Positions 11,730 through 23,112 of a DNA stretch of 64,000 nucleotides are shown here, piece by piece. The translations under genes and the position numbers were made by a program. The DNA lies in assembly GCF_033153115.1 (NCBI RefSeq), contig NW_026889750.1:25792001-25856000 (forward strand), written 5' to 3'. A model generated the notes under the pieces. That model had not been told where the DNA came from. It did not search any database and was given only the letters and a program-made list of their open reading frames with translations. This DNA is from Saccostrea echinata. Taxonomy: Eukaryota. The number at the start of each line of letters is the position of its first letter. Within the stretch, counting starts at the first letter, position 1.

Positions 11730-13400
11730 CTAATACATTATACGTCGACGACAACAGAGGAACTTAATTTCCCTTCTAAAACGGAAATCAAACAGGCAGT
11801 AAATGATAGGATTACAGACAGTATTGAATATGTAGAACCGGTACAGGAAAAGCACAAATCCTAGATATTGGTCAGGAATCGACACCCAGAATGACGTCAT
11901 CACCGATTCCAGAATCAAGAGTGAAATCTTTGGGAGGTAACAGAGAAAGCATATACCGGTAATAAGCATGAACATGATTGTGAACCGATGCATCCCAAGG
12001 TGACCTTTATGAGCGTTCACATGCCTACGAATAGGGTACTCCGGAAGTTTTCTACCCCAAATTTCACTGGAATTGAAGTAAGCGTTACGGTAGCAAATGA
12101 CATGAGCGTTTTCTGATGTTTGCAAATGACACACTTCACAAACATTGCTTCGAAACTTTGTTAAAGAGTCAGGATTATTGTTTTTACTAACACTTTCTTT
12201 ACGTTTACTTGTTGCGACATTAACGCATGTATCAGGACTGTGGTTTGTTAATGAAGTAGTCGGTATTTGTATTTTTCTTGTTGAATTTTTATGTCTGATA
12301 TCCATAGAACCAGAAGTACTTTGTTTAAACTGAGAAAGTTGTACGTCTTCTGATTTTAAATGGACTCCAGAATCAATTGAAAAATAGCGGGCGTTGTCAG
12401 GAACGTCCGCCTTAGCACATCCTGGCATGTCACATTTGCTCTCGTTTGACGCCTCGTTAGTTTCACGACGTACTATTCTCTCATTAGCAAAATGTAAAGT
12501 TTCTCCTGTGCGTTTGTCAAGACTTTGTTTCATATCTGTCACGTGTCTCTCGTCATGATCAGAGAATTCCGTCGAATTTGAATGATTCTGATGGAGAATT
12601 ATTTTCTGCTTGAAAAGTTTGAAATGAGTACCCGGATGTTGCTTGTCTAAAATCAACATTTCACAGGAGTGTCCATGAGCATCTCTGACCAAAGATTTTG
12701 AAAGTTGGGGAGAGTTCCTTGTTGAGATAAATTGTTGTCGGAATCTCAGTTGTCCCCTAAGTTTCCAGCCAATCCTGATGTAAACAGCTGCTATAGTTAT
12801 AGGAGTTAAAATACTAAACATACCCAAAACAAACCCATAAATATTCGGTCCAGGACTATTGATATCCTTTATAACGGTGCATCTGTAACGTGTCAAATTC
12901 CTCTCCGGAATAAACGTAGCTCTCCTACCGAAAAAGAACGGACTTGGGGCAGCTATAAAAATTGACATTGTGACAATAATGAGAAGGCATAGTCGTTTAT
13001 GTTTGAATTCATGAAAGGGTCGACAAACTTTAAAGTACCTCTCAATAGTGATCACCAACAGTAGAAAAACAGACATGAATGTAGTTCCCGTCGCAAGAGG
13101 CCACATGACCTTGCAGAAAGTCTCGTTTCTAAAATCTGCCTGATGAAAATTTAGGTAGAAAGTGAAAGTCACGCACGTGATGCATGCCAGAAGGTCTGCG
13201 AGTGCCAGGAATGGGACAAAATATCGTTCACCATGCTGGCCTCGGAACCTCATCGTGTACACACTTAAGACGACTGTATTACCTATAACACCGATCACAA
13301 GGTACAGAGCTAGAACAATATCATTCGGAATCAGGCGAACGGTTAAAGATGTGTTCCAATCCTCCAGTCTTTGCTCGTCTGTAAACTCCGAGGTAGACAT
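11730..13400 (-). CDS. Class A (rhodopsin-like) GPCR, neuropeptide-receptor-like orphan, single coding exon, 556 aa
   Basis: Seven hydrophobic segments with GN (TM1), LALAD (TM2), C-x-ERY (TM3, VITIERYFKVCRP), CYLP (TM6), NPIIY (TM7) and helix 8 FRREIKFLCC. ICL3 is ~255 aa. A splice acceptor (ttttgttag) just upstream at 13472-13473 implies non-coding 5' exon(s). Confidence 0.95.
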   Translation of the reverse strand: MSTSEFTDEQRLEDWNTSLTVRLIPNDIVLALYLVIGVIGNTVVLSVYTMRFRGQHGERYFVPFLALADLLACITCVTFTFYLNFHQADFRNETFCKVMWPLATGTTFMSVFLLLVITIERYFKVCRPFHEFKHKRLCLLIIVTMSIFIAAPSPFFFGRRATFIPERNLTRYRCTVIKDINSPGPNIYGFVLGMFSILTPITIAAVYIRIGWKLRGQLRFRQQFISTRNSPQLSKSLVRDAHGHSCEMLILDKQHPGTHFKLFKQKIILHQNHSNSTEFSDHDERHVTDMKQSLDKRTGETLHFANERIVRRETNEASNESKCDMPGCAKADVPDNARYFSIDSGVHLKSEDVQLSQFKQSTSGSMDIRHKNSTRKIQIPTTSLTNHSPDTCVNVATSKRKESVSKNNNPDSLTKFRSNVCEVCHLQTSENAHVICYRNAYFNSSEIWGRKLPEYPIRRHVNAHKGHLGMHRFTIMFMLITGICFLCYLPKISLLILESVMTSFWVSIPDQYLGFVLFLYRFYIFNTVCNPIIYCLFDFRFRREIKFLCCRRRIMY

Positions 13401-14349
13401 AGTTTTGGGATCCAGGACAGTCGTTTTTATTTGTCCATGTCTTTAGACACAATTCACACACACCTTAGGATCTAACAAAACATTTCCAACGAGAAAATGA
13501 TATAGTTCGTTTAACTTGGTTTCTAGTTTACATCTTTAACATTTTTGGTAAACACCTTCGAACTACACAAGTCTTTTCATCATTCAGGAAGAATAGGTTT
13601 GAACTGTTACTGTAAACAAAAAAGTTACAAAAATACAGGTTAGTCGTTCTTTTAATCACCAACCCTGCTACATTGATGTTAACATCCAAGGCTTCATTGA
13701 CGATTAATATCGATATAAGGGTCTGCTTCAGTATTATAAGCATTGATCGCGTAATGGATGCCGCGTCATTGGTTAGCACGGGTAAATCAGGATTTAATGT
13801 CGTTATTTACGACAACAGTTCTTGAAAATGAAACTATCACCATCCATCAAGAAGGATTATGAGCCTAATACCCACCAAATGTCACTGAAGCAATTGAAGT
13901 CTAGTCAGAGTAAACTCGGAGTTGTCAAAATGACCGATTTTAAGTAGAATTTGCAAAGAAACATTCATGAGCATTAACCGGGGCTGACTATTTTGCCGGA
14001 AAACGCCGTTTGAAACAAAAGATGTAACATTGAGGCAATAAAGAGACATGAAAGAAAGAAAAGACCGAACCTTCTGTGACAGAAAGAACTTACCAAAGCC
14101 CACTATCAGTTTTTTTCCTCACCATAAAAGTCAGATCGACTGATAGAGGCCTTTCTCATTTCATTACGACGTTATATGTGTATATATTATATTTTTATGT
14201 CGGTTCCATCTTGGGTTTTACAGATATGATGATCGGAACTGAAAATTCCGGATTTTATTCACTTTCTATCTCTCGAACCCCTCGATCTCTCGAACTTTTC
14301 TTGCGGTCCCTCGAACTTCGAGAGATCGAGAGTCACCTGTAGCTGAGTA

Positions 14350-14775
14350 CATGAAATGTATGGAGATAACGAACAGTATTCAAGCTCAAAAGTCCATTAA
14401 ACAATACAAATTTTGGAGCAGAGCAAACACGGACCTCTAAAACATCAGAGGTAGGATCCATGGAGGAGTGAACATCCCCTGCCGACCGGTCACACCCGCC
14501 GTGTGCTCCTTGTCATGATCGGGTAATAACGGGAAAATCCGTAGACAATTCAGTGTGTAAATAATGGCCTAACAATTAGTATAAAAACGCCAGTCAGCAT
14601 TAGGCATAATGTTAAATTGTATTTGCTGACAAGGTCATTGTATCGACCATAGACTTACAAATTGACGACTTTAAACGAGACTGCTGATATTCTCGTTTCA
14701 TCAACTTGTTTGTCAATGACTTACCTCGTTTTAGAAATTGTTCATACGTAGAGCATGCTCTTGCGCATCGAATCG
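14350..14775 (-). mobile_element. 5'-truncated Penelope-like retroelement (RT C-terminus plus 3' tail)
   Basis: The - strand reads ...KLMKREYQQSRLKSS..YGRYNDLVSKYN, like ORF 29956-30153, followed by the conserved ggtgtgaccggtcggcaggggatg..ctcctcc tail. Confidence 0.75.
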
Positions 14776-14829
14776 ATTCCGAAGTTAGTTAAGCGGCGGG
14801 AGAGAACTGAAAATGAAATTCCTGTTTTG

Positions 14830-14924
14830 AGTTCGTCCTCACAACATCAGGGGTCCTAAGTCAAGACGTTGCCGTTGGGCGGCAACCTGTTAACTCATGA
14901 CCTCTGACGTTGTGAGGATGGGCT
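14830..14924. repeat. 95-bp near-perfect palindrome (mini-MITE or hairpin)
   Basis: agttcgtcctcacaacatcaggggtc...gttgccg-ttggg-cggcaac...gacctctgacgttgtgaggatgggct pairs along its whole length. Confidence 0.7.
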
Positions 14925-17900
14925 GGGTTAAGTAATTGACTCTTTCTTATTAATTAAATATAATTAAGAAACTCGTGCTGTATACCGTTTCTTTTATTCA
15001 TATACTAGTATTAACTTATTAAAATTCATCTGTTAGTGTGAGTTTTTATTCTTATTCCAGCTTTTACTTGTTATTCTAATATACTGTAGATGAGATCAAT
15101 TAAATGGATTAACGCTGACAAATCTGTTTGTAGAGAATTGCTAATTAGATTTTGTGAATCCTGTAATTCCGTACAAAAGTTGGCAACATTAATAACTTCT
15201 TAAAGGTGTTGGAAATGAAAACGAAAAAATATTGACAAAAAATAATTTGGAAGTAAAATCCATATTTTTCATCAAAAGAAAAGTCACATGAATATTGATA
15301 AATTTTTATGAATTTATGAGATCACTACGATAATTGTATGCTCATTATAAAATGTTAATGACTTTATCATGATTACACAACAATTATTGCAGATAAATGG
15401 TTGTAAATTAATAATGATAAAACACAATTGACAAATTTTGTAAGCTTACCAGAACGATGGAATAGAATACTTATAACTATGGTTTCAGAAGGAATAGGTA
15501 AGTAGTCTTAAACCTTGATTTTTTTTTTCATTCGATATAAATAACCCATAAAGCTTAATTTTTTTTTTGTTCATATATAGAGTCAGTATTAAAACTTTAA
15601 CCACAAATCGAAATTATTGATGCCAAGAACTTTTATAGTCTATCCCAGTACGGAACCCAACATCAACATATTTTGTATTATATCTCAAAATACCCAAACT
15701 CTCTTGGGCTTTAAACGAGTTTCGATTAATGAAGAATTTTTTCCCCGAAATTTCTATGGGTTCAAGTAGGGTATCTATTCGAATTAACATAGGAAACTGG
15801 TAGCTTTTTCGTAAAAGGGTCCATGAATTGACGAAACATAGCAAACAATCGGAAAAGATTTGGATGATCTCTGGAAAGAAAGACTGCTCCCTTGCAAGCT
15901 TGAGCAATGGCTGAAATTAACTTGGACTCTGAAAAATCGCACTATATTGGTTTGTTTCGAATTGTATGTATCCAGTCTAATTGAAAATGGTTTGGAAATG
16001 ATAAGACTTTAAATGGTTGATAATATTTTCTTTCCAGAAAAATCAAAATTTATTTGCAATTTGCTATTCAAAAATGAGATAGTTCATGTGTAAGCTGATG
16101 ATTAAAATAATCAATTTGATGTATAAATTTCTAAAGATTATTGACCGTATCCCAGTATTTAAACCTGAAAGATGTTTTTCATCCGTTGACGAGACATCTA
16201 ACACAGACATCGTATTCTTAGGGAACGATTAATTCCCCAAACGTGATATCCGCACGTCCATTTAATAACACGGCACCATTACTAGATGGTGAGGACTAAT
16301 GTCTGGAAAAAAAAAACACATTAACACAAATTATCAATCTTTCATCTCGCAAAAATCTTCCAGTTTTAGTTGTTAAATTCTACAATAACAGCTCGCCCTT
16401 GTGTCCGTTAATTAAAAAAAAAAACTCAGTGAGTATAGGATTGACTGCGAATTTTAAATCATTTTTGTGTGACATAATTCAATTAATTATGCTTTTCGCA
16501 TAAAAAGTGCAAAAATTACCTGCTTCATCTTTTACGTATATTGTATGGATGTGTTTTATATTATAATATTTTGCAATATTGTTTGCATGAATTATCTTTT
16601 AATATTCTCACCAATGAGTGTACGTTGAATACTCCGAAAAAATGTAGGTAACATATTTTTATCATGAGACTAAATTTGCAAATTGTAGCTCGGTCAAGAT
16701 GGAATTGTATATGATATACTGTACAGTGTACTAGGTGAATCATAAAAAAAAACATTGTCTGGGAAATAACCAACAAAAGAGTATCATAACATACTTTTAA
16801 ATAAATTGAAAATTCAATTGTGAACTTGAATGTAGTTACATGTATTTCCACTGACACATGAGAGTTACAAATCAATTTTAGCATCTTTATTATTATTAAT
16901 TTTTTTATGAAGTAGAATTTTAGAAATCGTTAGGTTTTTCCATCATTTTCACATAAAATCGATATTTAAAAAAAGGAATTCATGGATCAAAAGTTTAATA
17001 GGATTAAAAGCACATAAGTGTGCAAAAAAGCAAGTTGTTGACTAAAAACGCTAGTAAGAGTTTAATCGGTGCTATATCATTTACATGCATTACAAAGAAT
17101 TCTTCCAATGGGCTGAATCGCGGAAAAATCCTATCTGTTTTAAAGTACGTAACACATCAATTTGTCCAAACAAATCATAGCTTTTTTATATTTGAAAAAA
17201 AGGACGTAAGGCTGTTAGGCATGTAAAAATATCATAATGGAAAACAGTTTTTTCCCAAAAAAAGTCATCATCATTAATTTTGTCAAAACAATTAAAATCG
17301 TATCTCTTGGAATATCAAAGGATTCTTTTTATACACTATAAAAGAACTGACATTTAGAAAATCATTTTGGAATATTAGTAATATTTTCTGATAACCAAAA
17401 TGCCTTCAAAATAACGAATAACGTTCTACAGTAGTGTTTTTAACAATCATTAAGACAGAAGAAACAATGCTTTCTTTGAAACATGATTTTTTCAAAAGAG
17501 ATAGTTTTGGTACTTGTCTGTCTGTAAGCAAGATTTCACAAAGTATTAGAAGTGACATATTGATCTACAATAGTGTTTTTAGGTAATTGTGACCAAAAAA
17601 AAAAGAAACAATAATTGCCTTTTTCTCAAAAGGGACTGTGTTTTGGTACTTTAGATTAAAAAATTGTCGGTAAGCAAGATTATCCAAAGAAGTATAAGTA
17701 GGTTATTACAACGATTTTGACACAGGAGGAAGTATTCAGAGAAGGTCATGAATGGATTCTTTTTCTTGATTTTGGGGTGACACTGCTGATCGATAAAACG
17801 CTATAATCAGACACTACAAAGAAAACAGGGATTCAGTGTTCTTAATCTCTTGGGATTAAGTTCTGACTTGCAACAGCCTGCAAGTAATGTTTATCTCGAC

Positions 17901-19234
17901 TTTAGAGTTGTGAGGATTCTCAGTAATGGCGGACGTTTACAGTATCATTAGGCCAGTGTCTTGCGTCTTTCTTCTCCCCCTTAACAGATATTTAAAAAGT
18001 CCAGAGTTTCTGCTTAGCTATTAAAAGTTATTTTTTTCTTTCGGTCATAGTCATCAAATTTTGAGCTTCTTGGAAGAATTTCGTACCTTTTGACATTTCA
18101 CCACGTTCTATAGTTACAAACACCACATACGACCTCCAAGATTGTTTTAACAAAACCTTTCTTTACTGATCTTTCGGTGATTCGTTTTTAATTAATATTT
18201 AGTCTAAAACATTTTTTTTTTGTTGCTATAAATTCTTTATATGGGGTTTCGATTCTTTATTTCAAAGACCGTTTAATTTGATTGCCAATCAAAAAAAAGT
18301 AAAATACAGAGACAAACGTAATTAAAAACTACGTTTCTTTAAGACTCTTCATCAATGTCAAAAACACAGCATTTAGTGTGTAGAAAATGTACTAAACCTT
18401 GTATAAATGTAGAAAATCCCAGATATTAGAATAATGTTTATTGTGCAATAGCAGTTGGGTTTGTTTTCGAAGTGCCTTTTGTTTTCATCTTAATTTACAA
18501 CAGACACAAAATATTGTTTCATTATTAAGTTTAATGAGATACATGTACAACTAAACGGTGCTTGGTATAATGGTTGCGGATATTGGAAAAAAATACTGGA
18601 TTTTTTTTAAGCCTTTCAAAGGATTTTACAATCAATATTATATTACTTCGATCCATTATCCAATGTGTGAAGTTATATGATAGATATTTTTAGAACTACT
18701 AAAAGTGAGAATTGCCATTCAGATTTCATCACGGAAATAAAACATTGCAAATTTTAAGATAAACGATCCTTTTAAATGAGGTGGACGATGTAATTATTGA
18801 TTTCAACCTTTTGAAGCCAACCATATTTCGTGTAACATAACTTAAAAATAATAATAAAAAAAGTTTATACTTGTGCAACATTAATTTTGATTTTTTTGTC
18901 ACGTATTACTCCAAATATTGCTTGAAGCAATTGGGCAATTTTTCAAAATAAAATATATTTACGAATGTGTGATTCTTTCCTTGAATGAAATAATTGTACC
19001 TTTAAAGTAGATATATTACGTGCGTTAAGATCCACAATGTTCTCGATAGACTTGACTGAGACTTGTTGAGTTACTGTTTCATAACAATGACTATTTTTTG
19101 AAATCGTAATGCTATATTCATATACAATTGTTTTGGAACCCAGTATAGCTAATAAGTACAGGAAATCAGAGTTAAACTCACTTCCAATGACTGGAATGTT
19201 CAAAGTTTTTAAAGTTGAAAGTTTTGATTTTGAA

Positions 19235-19455
19235 GAATTTCATTCTGAAAGGGGAACTGTGAGCATAAGTTGGATTACCATATGTGGAATTAAAATCAAA
19301 TTCTCCTAAAATGTAATTGTAATAATTAGCCTTACAAACAAATATTATATTGCTACAAGCTTTGTCTGCATGAACCATGACATTTTTTCATGTAGTCTGT
19401 CTATTTCCATTATCACTTTCGGTCTACTAAAAACGGAAGGATAGATAGTTCGCAT
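19235..19455 (-). mobile_element. Internal fragment of the Penelope-like element (pre-RT region)
   Basis: ORF 19178-19378 (VHADKACSNIIFVCKANYYNYILGEFDFNSTYGNPTY) is homologous to 29590-29745 (VPADKAGNNIAFVCKAHY...SGNPTH). Confidence 0.65.
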
Positions 19456-21032
19456 TTAGCCCTTTAATTGTCTAATTCGATTCTAAAATAATAAAAATAT
19501 ACAATGTCATATGTATATCTTAAACTATTCATCCATTCTGACAGAGTATTAAGGTCTTCCTATTCATCTTTTCAAAGGACTTTATAAAAGAAATGAAGCT
19601 CTCTCGAAATTTGATTTCTCTTTCTGAATTTAGGATCTTTTGAAATAATTGTTTTTAGATTTAGTTTTAAATTGAGTGCGCCTTTTTTTCAACTCATTTA
19701 ACACAAAAGATAGACTACATTTCTGAAATAAACTTTGTAAGATTCAAGGTTTACAAACAACCTAAAAGGAGCGATGTCATCTTCGCAGCCCTCAAAATTT
19801 TGGACCTTTTTGTATACAGTAGAAGAAAGGGCAAATGTAATTCTGAAGCTAATACACGATGTTACGGGGGGTGTCGCATAATTTACGTTCCGGATACTTC
19901 GCGTTCCGGCCGGAACCTTAAAATCATAATATTGGTTCCGGATTTTACTGTAAGTTTGGTTCCGGCCATGGCTGCAATCTTCGAATCGCGGTATCTCTCA
20001 ATTATTATCTGCCACATGTGCCAGTTTTCATTCAACACTGAACCATAGAAGTAGTTTTTACCTTGAGGATTAAGCATGGCGTAGCGGTATGCCATTTTCA
20101 TGTGGCGCAATGTTCTTTTTATAAGGCGTCATGCCCTTTTTGTACAGCCATTTTTAAAAATAAATGAACAACTGATGAATAAATAGCCCAAGTAAAGATC
20201 GTAAAATATGCTTTCTGATACATATACACCGAATAAAATTTGGTCGCATGAAAGGCTTTGTTTATCTAATGCATACAAATTAAGTCCCTTTGTTTATTTA
20301 GTGCATGTCAGGTGTGAATTTCTCGATAAATAAACGCAGACCCGGGTAAAGAGGATAGAAGATAAACTAGACTGAGATTACAAAAGCCTAAAAAGAAGCA
20401 CAATGTCAAAGATAAATTTGATCAGTAGATTTTAATTTTATAATCTGATAAAGTAAAGAATTAAATACAAAATGGTATAATTGTATACGACTGAGAGATG
20501 CATTCTCTGTTTAAATGATATTACAAGTGTTGCAAATTCCACAATGTTGAGCCTCGAATACATGGCTTCCATTCCTCATAGATATTATCACTTGGCATGA
20601 AAATATGATTTATATTCCATTAGAAATAAACAAACATAAAAAATATAATTCACTGATGAAGATAGTTATATAGTTTTTGTGATGAATTAACAATGGATAT
20701 TTCATGAATATGTGGTTTATTCTGCAATGAAACAAACATGAAAACATACCGATATGGTTTATTCCCTTAGAATAAACAAACACAAGTAATTAATGAAAAT
20801 TATGTTGTTGCTGTTTTTAAAGACCGTAGGAAGAAAAAAAAAACAAGGTTGAAATATGAAAAGTAAAGACCAGCAATGTTGATTGTGAAAAAAGCAGTGC
20901 GGTAAACTGAATTAGCTCTTGACAAATATTTTAGTTAAATCGAGGTTTTAGAAAATTTTAAATGATTTTTTTTTATGTTTTAAAGGCCTTGAAATGCACT
21001 TTTTGGTAACTTCGATGCAAGTCCTACCCACG

Positions 21033-22585
21033 GAGAGTATTTTCAAACATATTTGTTACATGTACTAGGTTGTTTCTTTTCCACTTTATTACGCATACGA
21101 AGGAAAATTAATTAATTTAATACGAATAAAAATTAGATAACGTTTCGGGTTACAATTGCTGTGTATTTTCAAACATCTTTTGTTACTAGGCTGTTTCTTT
21201 TTCACTTTATTACAAAGATAAAGTAGCCCGGAACTAAAATTATGGTCATAATTAACGTTCCGGGTTACAATTGCTGAGAGTATTTTCAAATATCATTGTT
21301 ACTAGGTTGTTTCTTTTCCACTTTATTACGAAGTTAAAGTAGTCCGGAACCAAAATTATGGTCATAATTAACGTTCCGGGTTACAATTGCTGAGAGTATT
21401 TTCAAATATTTTTGTTACTAAGTTGTTTCTTTTCCACTTTATTACAAATAAAAGATAAAGTAGCCCGGAACCAAAATTATGGTCATAATTAACGTTCCAG
21501 TTTACAATTGCTGTGTATTTTCAAACATCTTTTGTTACTAGGCTGTTTTTTTTTTTAACTTTATTACGAAGATAAAGTAGCCCGGAACCAAAATTCAAAG
21601 GCACTTGGAGTATGGACTCCCCCCCCCCCCTTTCCATTTTTTTTCTTTTTAAATCTGGGGTCGTTTTCGACGGATACATATTTTTATGTATCAGTCGAAA
21701 ACGGTATATTTAAAAACAGCATATAGAGACAAACGAGTTACATTATTGATAACATATAGTGCATATTAGAATACAAAAATAGGAAAAAGGTGACTCGACC
21801 CCAGATTTAAAAAGAAAAAAAAAATGGAAAAAGGGGGTTCATACCCCAAGTGCCTGTGCCAAAATTATAGTCATAATTAACGTTCTGGGTTACAATTGCT
21901 GAGAGTATTTTCAAATAGTTTTGTTACTAGGTTGTTTCTTTTCCACTTTATTACGAAGATAAAGTAGCCCGGAACCAAAATTATGGTCATAATTAACGTT
22001 CCGGGTTACAATTGCTGAGAGTATTTTCAAATATTTTTGTTACTAGGTTGTTTCTTTTCCACTTTATTACAAAGATAAAGTAGCCCGGAACCAAAATTAT
22101 GGTCATAATTAACGTTCCGGGTTACAATTGCTGAGAGTATTTTCAAATATTTTTGTTACTAGGTTGTTTCTTTTCCACTTTATTACAAAGATAAAGTAGC
22201 CCGGAACTAAAATTATGGTCATAATTAACGTTCCGGGTTACAATTGCTGAGAGTATTTTCAGATATTTTTGTTACTAGGTTGTTTCTTTTCCACTTTATT
22301 ACGAAGATAAAGTAGCCCGGAACCAAAATTATGGTCATAATTAACGTTCCGGGTTACAATTGCTGAGAGTATTTTCAAATATTTTTGTTACTAGGTTGTT
22401 TCTTTTCCACTTTATTACGAAGATAAAGTAGCCCGGAACTAAAATTATGGTCATAATTAACGTTCCGGGTTACAACTGCTGAGAGTATTTTCAAATATTT
22501 TTGTTACTAGGTTGTTTCTTTTCCACTTTATTACGAAGATAAAGTAGCCCGGAATCATAAATAATGTTCCCGGTTACAATTTCTG
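21033..22585 (+). repeat. Tandem satellite, 116-bp monomer, ~11 copies, inside the Ginger-like element
   Basis: ggaac/ggaat anchors at 21971, 22087, 22203, 22319, 22435 and 22551 (period 116); earlier copies at ~21231, 21346, 21466 and 21584. Confidence 0.95.
21596..21858. mobile_element. 263-bp MITE with an 8-bp TSD (hAT/P-like) inserted in the satellite
   Basis: TIR ca(a/c)aggcacttgg(a/g)gtatg. TSD ccaaaatt at 21588-21595 and 21859-21866. Confidence 0.9.
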
Positions 22586-22659
22586 ATATTATACTTTCAT
22601 GTAAATTAGTTGAAATTGATTCGTCTAGAAACATTTGTTAAAAAAACACGATTACCCGC

Positions 22660-23112
22660 TGAAGGTGTATTTCTTGTGAAGTGACAATACTTTCTCTAGA
22701 ATACCAACAATTTTGACCTTCACCTTGGGGTTGAACTATTGAAAAAAATTAACTTTAACCTTGGCCATAACTTTTGACATTTGATGCTAGGGCTTTTATA
22801 TTTCACATGTATATTTCATGTGACGGGTCCTTTCCCTGGGTATCATTGATTTTGATCTGTATCTGTACCCGGCCTTTGAGTTTGACCCACTTTTTTTAAA
22901 AACTCTAACCTTAGCCATATATGACTTTTGAACGGTTGGTTTTGGGGCTTTCATATTTCACAGGTATTTTCATTGATACAAGTCCTTTTTTGGAAACCAA
23001 CATTTTGATCTCTTGACCTTGACCTTAGAGTTTAACTTGCACTTTAGAAACTTTACTCTTCACAAAAGACTGCCGTACGGGAGCATCGGTGTTTCACAAA
23101 CGCATTTTGTTT
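22660..23112 (+). mobile_element. Partial Helentron/HINE-like element nested in the Ginger-like element
   Basis: About 2.5 degenerate units of the gaccttgacc/aactttaaccttggccataactttt satellite, ending gggagcatcggtgtttcacaaacgcattttgtt as at 57170-57202. Confidence 0.65.

Noticed and set aside
9780-14341. Pogo-like left end (tacagtcaaacc, ~9780) and right end (..gagagtcacctgta, 14341) flanking the GPCR exon as a gene-capturing transposon
   Set aside because: The ends match poorly and such MITE fragments are common; there is no evidence they are one element.
21033-22585. Regularly spaced palindromic repeats resembling a CRISPR array
   Set aside because: The intervening sequences are near-identical (true tandem 116-mers, no unique spacers), the context is eukaryotic and there are no cas genes.
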